A stretch of DNA of 15,497 bases from an uncultured archaeon (GTDB lineage: Archaea > Iainarchaeota > Iainarchaeia > Iainarchaeales > 0-14-0-20-30-16), in the NCBI GenBank assembly GCA_964480435.1, contig CAYZSS010000020.1, forward strand, positions 1-15,497, read 5' to 3'. Of the stretch, positions 1 to 5,986 are shown in pieces (position 1 is the stretch's first letter; each line of letters opens with the position of its first letter). The notes under the pieces are model-generated. The model was not told the DNA's origin and searched no databases. It saw only the letters and a list, made by a program, of their open reading frames with translations. The position numbers and the translations under genes were made by a program.

Positions 1-71
1 AATGTAGAAAGCTATAAAAACCTTAGAGCACAATATATATTGAAAAATATATTTATAGGGGGCTAATAAAC

Positions 72-473
72 ATGCAGAGAGTTCTTAGAGTGGGAAAGAA
101 AACACACGGATTAAAACTTATAGGTGCTTTTATTTTTTTCATAGGCATATTAGGGATTTTAGTAAGTATAGGGTATTTAGTTCAAACATGGAATGTATCA
201 CAGCATTTAGATAGTTGTTATTCTGATTTAGGACAAAATTACATTGTAGATTGTAAAGACGCTGCATCAGCTGAAACAGGATTAGTACTTTATCCTAATC
301 AAGTTTACTTCACAAGTAACCAAATGATTCAATTGGCATTAAAACCAATAATGTACTTATTCGGTTGGATAATTGTATTCATATTAGGAATAATGCTTTA
401 CAGGTTTGGACACCACATTATGCCTTTGCCAAAACCAACCAAAAAGGCAACAGTAATTAAGAGGAAAAGATAA
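72..473 (+). CDS. small membrane protein of unknown function
   Basis: 133-aa ORF with an ATG start and a GGGGG run 9 nt upstream. Two long hydrophobic segments (LIGAFIFFIGILGILVSIGYLV and IMYLFGWIIVFILGIML) flank a loop with two Cys. The C-terminus is basic (KKATVIKRKR). No family recognised. Confidence 0.55.
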   Translation: MQRVLRVGKKTHGLKLIGAFIFFIGILGILVSIGYLVQTWNVSQHLDSCYSDLGQNYIVDCKDAASAETGLVLYPNQVYFTSNQMIQLALKPIMYLFGWIIVFILGIMLYRFGHHIMPLPKPTKKATVIKRKR

Positions 474-491
474 ATTTCTTCTTCTTATTTT

Positions 492-1484
492 TTATTTTTT
501 ACTTAATTTTTTTATTAAATCCAGATACTCTTTTTTTCCTTTTATTACATCTTCCTTTCTAATCCTCTCGTCTGCTGAGTGAGCATATTTTGCATCTCCA
601 GGCCCAAAAACAAACCCCCTAGATTTATTCCAAAAACCCAGTTCTGTAAAGTACGGCAAAGTAGTTTTTTTATTATTAAAATCTTTCAAAAAATCAGTAG
701 AGGTACAAACAGATTCATAACAGCTGTAAATTTTTAATTCTACTTCTCGTGATATTCTTTGCAATTCCCCCAAAATAAATTTGCTATCACAGGCAAGTCT
801 AAAAGAAAGTTCCGCCTCAGCATAATCAGGAACAATATTTGCTGCGGTACCACCTGTTATTTTCCCTATGTTTAATGTTGTTTTACCAAGGACGCCATTA
901 CATGGAAATTTTATTGCTTTAAGTTTATTTAAGAAGGTTAATAGTTTTTCTATTGCTGAAACTCCATTTTCTGGAACTGCACTGTGGGCTGCCTTACCTC
1001 TAGCAATTACCTTTAATTCAAGCAGCCCTTTCTGACCTACCACAAAATCAAAATTAGTTGGTTCTCCCACAACTACAAACTCAGGGTTTGCAAATTTTAT
1101 TGCTTCTTTAATACCCCCAAAATCTGTTTCCTCTCTCACATCAAAAATAAGCCCAAAATCCAGTAACCCTTCCTTTGAAGCCTCTATTCCTGCAGAAAGC
1201 ATAGAAGCCATCAGCCCTTTTGTATCACAGGCTCCTCGCCCAAATAAATACTCTTTATCTTCATAGAAATCAAAGAAAGGCATAACAGTATCAATGTGTG
1301 TTGTAAGGATAAGTTTAGGGTTATCATTATTATAAGCAAAAATATTAAAAGAATCATCAATTTGTTGTGTTTTTATTTTAAAGTAAGGTTTTAACAGTTT
1401 TACAATGTATTCTCCAATCTCCTTCTCATTCCCCGAAACCGAGTTTATTTTTAATAAATCCTTTGTAAGTTCTATTTCATCCAT
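492..1484 (-). CDS. M20-family metallohydrolase (ArgE/DapE/LysK-like deacylase)
   Basis: 330 aa with M20 signature blocks in order: LTTHIDTV (metal His/Asp), GRGACDTKG (bridging Asp), REETD (catalytic Glu pair) and VVGEPT. The length fits the ArgE/LysK-type enzymes. Substrate cannot be assigned from sequence alone. Confidence 0.85.
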   Translation of the reverse strand: MDEIELTKDLLKINSVSGNEKEIGEYIVKLLKPYFKIKTQQIDDSFNIFAYNNDNPKLILTTHIDTVMPFFDFYEDKEYLFGRGACDTKGLMASMLSAGIEASKEGLLDFGLIFDVREETDFGGIKEAIKFANPEFVVVGEPTNFDFVVGQKGLLELKVIARGKAAHSAVPENGVSAIEKLLTFLNKLKAIKFPCNGVLGKTTLNIGKITGGTAANIVPDYAEAELSFRLACDSKFILGELQRISREVELKIYSCYESVCTSTDFLKDFNNKKTTLPYFTELGFWNKSRGFVFGPGDAKYAHSADERIRKEDVIKGKKEYLDLIKKLSKK

Positions 1485-1582
1485 ATTACCATTATTTTCA
1501 AAAAAGCATATAAAACCCCGTAACAGATGTTACAACCTTTTAAAAACCTTTGTAGCCCCTTTATTCTCAGAGGTGATGCTAT

Positions 1583-1778
1583 ATGAGTAACAAGGATTTA
1601 ATTTCCAAGTATTTTTCAACAGAAGGAGCTAAATCGTATTATTGGCATCACAGCAGAAACTAATTCAAAAATAGATCTTATTTATTCTCTATACTCTGAT
1701 GGTTTCAGTATGAGGGATATAGCAAACATCCTGGGAATCTCTCATATAACAGTATATAGAAAATTGCGGGAAGCTTAG
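1583..1778 (+). pseudogene. small stand-alone HTH protein (resolvase/Hin-type HTH), reading frame broken at a T5 run
   Basis: GGTGAT SD at 1572-1577, then ATG at 1583. Frame 0 gives MSNKDLISKYFSTEGAKSYYWHHSRN and stops at 1661-1663. Frame +1 is open from 1602 to TAG 1776-1778 and encodes ...QQKELNRIIGITAETNSKIDLIYSLYSDGFSMRDIANILGISHITVYRKLREA, a classic HTH ending in TVYRKL. It has no start codon of its own until near its end. Removing one T from the run at 1612-1616 fuses both parts into a 64-aa protein. Confidence 0.55.
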
Positions 1779-1795
1779 GCTTCCTTTATTCTTTT
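1768..1795 (+). terminator. hairpin plus T-rich tract between convergent genes
   Basis: GGGAAGC (1768-1774), loop TTAG, GCTTCC (1779-1784), followed by TTTATTCTTTT. It spans the TAG of the HTH gene and abuts the stop of trm56. Function is inferred only. Confidence 0.3.
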
Positions 1796-2307
1796 AAAGT
1801 ATTTCTAAAGCCTTTTTTTATCTTCATCTTTGCGTCCTTGTAGGTTTTCTTTAGCTCTTTCCCTTGTTGTAGCCTATCTAAAAATACTGCCAAAGCAGCA
1901 ATCTCTGAATGCGGTTGGTTTCCCACTGCAACATTATAATCTGCAATTTTATAAACATCTCCAGGTACTTTTTCAGCCCCTGCAAAAACAACTACATTTT
2001 CTTTTTTCAAGGCTTTAAATTGTTTTTCAAAATTAGGAAGATTTATACCAAACATAGTTAAGTGAACTATTTTGAATCCTTCTTCTTTTTTTTGCAATAA
2101 ATAAGCAATAAAATCTTCTGCATATTCTACTGAAAAATTACCACCCCATTCAGCAGTGGTTCTTTTTATAGATTCTTCAAAAGAGTTATCCCTTTGGCCA
2201 TAATAAACCAGTTTATCTGCACCAAAAGCACGAGACACCAAGGCACAATGAGTTGTTACTCTTATATCCCTAAAAGCCCTGTGTCCATATCTAAAAACAA
2301 TTAACAT
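1786..2307 (-). CDS. trm56: tRNA (cytidine56-2'-O)-methyltransferase, SPOUT family (aTrm56)
   Basis: 173 aa. The N-terminus YGHRAFRDIRVTTHCALVSRAFGAD and the block GAEKVPGDVYKIADYNVAVGNQPHSEIAALAVFLDRL closely match the conserved aTrm56 pattern (RLGHR..[34 protein letters not shown]). Confidence 0.88.
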   Translation of the reverse strand: MLIVFRYGHRAFRDIRVTTHCALVSRAFGADKLVYYGQRDNSFEESIKRTTAEWGGNFSVEYAEDFIAYLLQKKEEGFKIVHLTMFGINLPNFEKQFKALKKENVVVFAGAEKVPGDVYKIADYNVAVGNQPHSEIAALAVFLDRLQQGKELKKTYKDAKMKIKKGFRNTLKE

Positions 2308-2329
2308 CTAATCAACTCTTACTTACATA

Positions 2330-3376
2330 TTATTCAAAAAGGTTTCCAATATTTTCTTTCTCAAATAATACTAAATCCTCATATCCTTGCCCAGTTCCCA
2401 AAAATAATATTGGTTTTTTAAAATAAATATTTAATGAGAAAGCAGTACCACCCTTAGTATCAATATCTGCTTTTGTAAGAATAAATGCCTGTATCCCAAT
2501 TTCTTTTTCAAATTCTTTTACTTGATTTACTACTGCCTGCCCAGTCACACTTTCTGCAACATATACAATTAAGTCTGGTTTTATTACTCTTTTCATTTTT
2601 TCTAATTCTTTCATTAAAGAAGAATTAGTTTCTTGTCTTCCAGCAGTATCAATTAAAACATAATCTATATTTTTATTTTTTGCCAAAGTAATTGCATCAA
2701 AAGCAACTGCAGACGGATCACTACCATAATTTCCTGCTACTATTGGTACTTTTAAATTATTTGCGTGCTCTCTTAATTGCTCAATAGATGCAGCCCTAAA
2801 AGTATCACTTGCAGAAAGCAAGACAGATTTATTTTTATTTAAAATAAGTTTTGCTAATTTTGCAATTGTAGTTGTTTTTCCACAGCCATTTGGCCCAATA
2901 AACATTATTTTCACAGGTTTATTTTCAAAAGAAAATAACAAGTCAGTATTCTTTACAACCATTTCAAAAATAGTTTCTAAAAACTTTTCTTTTAATTGAA
3001 CATCAATATTTTTCCCTTTTTCAATTCCGTCCCTTAATTTATCCAAAAAAAGATTTAGAATATTATCAATTATTTCTACTGAAAAATCGCTTTGCAATAA
3101 AGCAAGCTCAAATTTTTCTTTTATTTCTTTCAGGTCGGTTTCAGATAAATAGAATTTTTCTTTAAGTAGAGATTTTAATTTGGCTTTTAAAGAAGGATCA
3201 ACAAGAATTATTTTTTCTTGTTTTTTTACTTCTTTTTGAAATTCTTTTTGCTTTACTTCTTCTGTTTTTTCTTGATTCTGATCTTCTTCCGCAATTAATG
3301 CTTTTTCCAAGTCATCTTTTTTTGATTTAAGAGCGTCTGCTACTTTTGTAAAAGCGGACTTGAGTAATTTAAACAT
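2330..3376 (-). CDS. ftsY: signal recognition particle receptor FtsY
   Basis: 348 aa. A K/E-rich N-terminal region is followed by an NG domain with GPNGCGKTTTIAKLA (G1), DTAGRQ (G3) and TKADIDTKGG (G4). It sits in the conserved position downstream of pfdA. Confidence 0.95.
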   Translation of the reverse strand: MFKLLKSAFTKVADALKSKKDDLEKALIAEEDQNQEKTEEVKQKEFQKEVKKQEKIILVDPSLKAKLKSLLKEKFYLSETDLKEIKEKFELALLQSDFSVEIIDNILNLFLDKLRDGIEKGKNIDVQLKEKFLETIFEMVVKNTDLLFSFENKPVKIMFIGPNGCGKTTTIAKLAKLILNKNKSVLLSASDTFRAASIEQLREHANNLKVPIVAGNYGSDPSAVAFDAITLAKNKNIDYVLIDTAGRQETNSSLMKELEKMKRVIKPDLIVYVAESVTGQAVVNQVKEFEKEIGIQAFILTKADIDTKGGTAFSLNIYFKKPILFLGTGQGYEDLVLFEKENIGNLFE

Positions 3377-3385
3377 TACAGACCA

Positions 3386-3847
3386 CTATTCTACTTTTTC
3401 TTGTTTTTTACTAATATTGTTCATATAGAAATACAATTTATTTAGATTATCAGTAAGTTCTGCTTCTTGTCTAATAAGTATTTCATATTCTTTTTGCAAT
3501 TTTATTTTTCTTTCCGTTAATGTTTTTGTAATGTCAGTAAATTCTTTTTCAATCATTATATCATTACCTATTACAAATAAAGCATTATTTATTTTTTCAG
3601 GGAATTTCAAAGAAACATAAACTCCATTTCCTAAATTTATCATTCCCTGTTCTTCTTTATTTCCTTTTAAAGCATCAATATTTGCTAAAGTACCATCTAA
3701 ACCAATTAAAAATTGTTCTACTTGTGCTTTTCTAGATAATACTGAATTCAAATTTTTTCTACTCATCCCAATTATATTTTTTGCCATTTCGGGAGTCATT
3801 TGAATTTTTTTTACTTCCTGTTTAACATTTTCTGTTTTTTCTGCCAT
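3386..3847 (-). CDS. pfdA: prefoldin alpha subunit
   Basis: 153-aa coiled-coil/beta-hairpin/coiled-coil protein in the conserved eif6-pfdA-ftsY position. GGAGGT SD 6 nt upstream of the ATG. Confidence 0.8.
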   Translation of the reverse strand: MAEKTENVKQEVKKIQMTPEMAKNIIGMSRKNLNSVLSRKAQVEQFLIGLDGTLANIDALKGNKEEQGMINLGNGVYVSLKFPEKINNALFVIGNDIMIEKEFTDITKTLTERKIKLQKEYEILIRQEAELTDNLNKLYFYMNNISKKQEKVE

Positions 3848-3874
3848 AAAAATACCTCCAAAATAAAAATAATT

Positions 3875-4534
3875 TCACTCTCTAAAGATTTCATCAAGTC
3901 TCATTAACTCATAACCAGTTGTGTCTTCTCCAACCATTAAACCTTTAGAATTAACTAACAAGCCACTAGATACAAATGATTCCCCATAATTTATGGTCCC
4001 TACATTTCCATCAACCTTAAACAAATTTTTTACTTTTTCAAATTCAGTTTCTTTTATACTTGCTCCACAAACAAAAGCCATATTAGTTGCTGCTACAACA
4101 GACCCCACTAATTCAGTATTGCATAAATTAAAAGAGTCATAATCTAAACCCATAAAAGCAGATATTTCCTTTTTACCATCATCATTAATCATTTTACTCA
4201 ATAATAAATTATTTTTATTTACTGCAATCATATTCCCCACAGCATGATAACTATTAAGCTTTAAGGTATTCAACCCAATATCTTCAAAAAAAGCTAGTTC
4301 TTTATCAGTAGTTATTTTTGAAATCACTACTTTTTTATTATATATCTTTGAAAGAACACCCAGCAAATTTGACTCACCTATTGTTGCCTTTATTGTTTCC
4401 ACTTCAAAGACATCTTTTACAAGCTCTTCAAACTTTGCAGAAGCATCAATAGGAATTAATGCTATTTTGTCAGACACGGCGCAAAAAATACCTATGCTTG
4501 AAAATGATTTAAAATTCGTTTTTTTAATATGCAT
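3875..4534 (-). CDS. eif6: translation initiation factor 6 (aIF6)
   Basis: The pentein-repeat-like sequence and the N-terminus MHIKKTNFKSFSSIGIFCAVSDKIALIP match the aIF6 pattern (F.G.p.IGv......d...lvP). It has conserved synteny after rpl31e. The ORF track starts 9 nt earlier at a GTG (4543). I prefer ATG 4534 because it gives a homolog-like N-terminus. Confidence 0.88.
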   Translation of the reverse strand: MHIKKTNFKSFSSIGIFCAVSDKIALIPIDASAKFEELVKDVFEVETIKATIGESNLLGVLSKIYNKKVVISKITTDKELAFFEDIGLNTLKLNSYHAVGNMIAVNKNNLLLSKMINDDGKKEISAFMGLDYDSFNLCNTELVGSVVAATNMAFVCGASIKETEFEKVKNLFKVDGNVGTINYGESFVSSGLLVNSKGLMVGEDTTGYELMRLDEIFRE

Positions 4535-4635
4535 AAAAACCACTTTTTATACCCAAGAAGTCAATTTTGTTTTTTAAAATTGCTTTGTTGACAAGCAAGT
4601 GCATAAATATAATAAAGTTAAGAGAAAGAAAACTC

Positions 4636-5058
4636 TTAAACTTTTTGTTTTTCTTTTATTCCTTTTAATTCTTTTTTATAATTTTTTTCTACTGTTTTTA
4701 CTTCTTTAGTTTTTTCTTTTTTTACTTCTTTTTTTGGTTCTTCTTTTTTATCAGGCTTTGTTTCTTTTTTTACTTCTTTTTTTTCTTCACCTTTTTCTAA
4801 AAAATCTTTTAATTCTTTTGAATCCGCCAAAAATACCCTTAAACTTTTATCTCCAACAATAGTTACTTCTACTTTTGTTGGACTTTCTGCTTTTCCTCTT
4901 GCCCAAATAAAGTTATTAACACTATTATCCAATGCATAATCTGTAGTTCTTAGGTGTTTTAGCATTTCTCTTTTTAGAGCTCTCATTGCGAAAGTAGCCC
5001 TTCTTTTTCTGTTCTTTCCAAGAACATTAAATCCAACTTTAATTGTTTTTGTATTCAT
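4636..5058 (-). CDS. rpl31e: 50S ribosomal protein L31e with a long K/E-rich C-terminal extension
   Basis: The first ~88 aa look like L31e (RKRRATFAMRALKREMLKHLRT...NNFIWARG). Synteny is rpl39e-rpl31e-eif6. GGTGAT SD 3 nt upstream of the ATG. Residues ~88-140 form a low-complexity KKEVKKE-type tail. Confidence 0.85.
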   Translation of the reverse strand: MNTKTIKVGFNVLGKNRKRRATFAMRALKREMLKHLRTTDYALDNSVNNFIWARGKAESPTKVEVTIVGDKSLRVFLADSKELKDFLEKGEEKKEVKKETKPDKKEEPKKEVKKEKTKEVKTVEKNYKKELKGIKEKQKV

Positions 5059-5165
5059 AATATCACCTTATATACTGGAAATAAGTAATTTTTCTAAAAA
5101 AGAAAAATTCTTAAGTCCCTGAAACTTTTTTGCTTCATGCAAAAAAGTTTTCTTGGATAATATCC
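5059..5165 (-). repeat. copy C of the recurring intergenic hairpin element (rpl39e-rpl31e spacer)
   Basis: Sense strand: TGA-GGATATTATC-CAAGAAAACTTTTTTGC-ATGAA-GCAAAAAAGTTTCAGGGACTTAAGAA...TATAAG-GTGATATTATG. There is a 12-bp stem (5122-5133 / 5139-5150) and a second 9-bp A/T stem (5087-5095 / 5101-5109). The core 5108-5155 matches copy B nearly base for base. A degenerate copy (GGATATTATC) of the rpl31e SD-start (GTGATATTATG) lies at the upstream edge. Confidence 0.65.
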
Positions 5166-5351
5166 TCAATATTTTCCAATTACTCTATTATATTCGTGTC
5201 CTAATTCTGTTCTTCTCCAGTGTCTCTTTCCTTTCTTATTCCAGATTTTTTTTCCTGCTTTTTGCATAACCCAAACAGGGGCTGCTGAAACACCTTGCTT
5301 TATTTTCTTTCTTTGTGAGATTAAAAATTCCTTTATTCCTGTGTCTTTCAT
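5166..5351 (-). CDS. rpl39e: 50S ribosomal protein L39e
   Basis: 61 aa with the L39e core ...APVWVMQKAGKKIWNKKGKRHWRRTELG. GGTGAT SD 3 nt upstream of the ATG. Position upstream of rpl31e is conserved. It has a short extra C-terminal extension (HEYNRVIGKY). Confidence 0.85.
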   Translation of the reverse strand: MKDTGIKEFLISQRKKIKQGVSAAPVWVMQKAGKKIWNKKGKRHWRRTELGHEYNRVIGKY

Positions 5352-5399
5352 TATATCACCATTTATTTCTTATTAAGAAACCATTTTACATTAGTAAAT

Positions 5400-5822
5400 T
5401 TATTTCTTATCCATAGCTTTCTTTACTTTATGGGCTATAGAATCCAAATATTTTCTTCCTTCGGTAGTAATTGCTCTACCATCTTCAGTTTTCTTCAAAT
5501 AACCTAATTTTTCTAAATCTTGTGCACAGTGTCTAGCAATTGATCCAGAACCCTTACAAAAGTGCTCAGGCTCAATACCATTGTTCTTTTTTCCACCATA
5601 AAGAATAGTTAAAACATTTGTAGTTATTTTTCCTCTAACATAAAACTTTCTTAAAACTGCTGCTAATCTAGTATAATACCAATCACTTTTATCTGGGCTT
5701 CTTTCTCTGTTTACCCCTGTTTTTGCAAAAAGAGTAAAACTTGGTTCTTTAACTTTTCCCTTCAGATCTTTTGCGGTTTCCGCGATTAGTTTACTATGAT
5801 GTATGTCATAAACACTTACCAT
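5400..5822 (-). CDS. rps19e: 30S ribosomal protein S19e
   Basis: VYDIHHSKLIAETAKDLKGKVKEPSFTLFAKTGVNRERSPDKSDWYYTRLAAVLRKFY...YGG...GSGSIARHCAQDLEKLGYLKK matches the S19e family pattern. The ORF-track start (5831) is a GTG that is really part of the SD GGTGA (5832-5828). ATG 5822 lies 5 nt downstream of that SD and gives the homolog-like MVSVYD start. Confidence 0.9.
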   Translation of the reverse strand: MVSVYDIHHSKLIAETAKDLKGKVKEPSFTLFAKTGVNRERSPDKSDWYYTRLAAVLRKFYVRGKITTNVLTILYGGKKNNGIEPEHFCKGSGSIARHCAQDLEKLGYLKKTEDGRAITTEGRKYLDSIAHKVKKAMDKK

Positions 5823-5903
5823 TATATTCACCTTTCTTAAAATTTTATAAACTATTGGCTCAATAACCCTTATAAATAGATATATAGACTATAGGAAGCA
5901 GAC

Positions 5904-5944
5904 CCTTTAAAAATATTACCCTTCTTTACCTTTAAAAAATATTA
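5904..5944. promoter_or_regulatory. two direct copies of a CCTTTAAAAA(A)TATTA box in the divergent rps19e / ORFan control region
   Basis: cctttaaaaatatta at 5904-5918 and cctttaaaaaatatta at 5929-5944, spaced 25 nt apart. They are TATA-box-like A/T cores preceded by CC. Similar CCTTTTAAA strings sit upstream of the HTH gene (about 1536-1549) and the MBL gene (7673-7683). Role (BRE/TATA or regulator site) not determined. Confidence 0.3.
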
Positions 5945-5958
5945 TGCACAAGATAGAA

Positions 5959-5965
5959 TTATATA
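5959..5965 (+). promoter_or_regulatory. TATA-like box about 25 nt upstream of the ORFan ATG (leaderless-type arrangement)
   Basis: TTATATA is centred about 25 nt upstream of ATG 5987. No GGTG/GGAG SD lies between it and the start codon, unlike most other genes in the window. Confidence 0.35.
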
Positions 5966-5986
5966 CCTTTTTTCTCGTTATTATAT

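Noticed and set aside
1405-2018. Plus-strand ORFs 1405-1590 and 1830-2018
   Set aside because: The first is antisense to the 5' end of the M20 gene and runs through its promoter. Its stop overlaps the real HTH gene start. The second is antisense to trm56.
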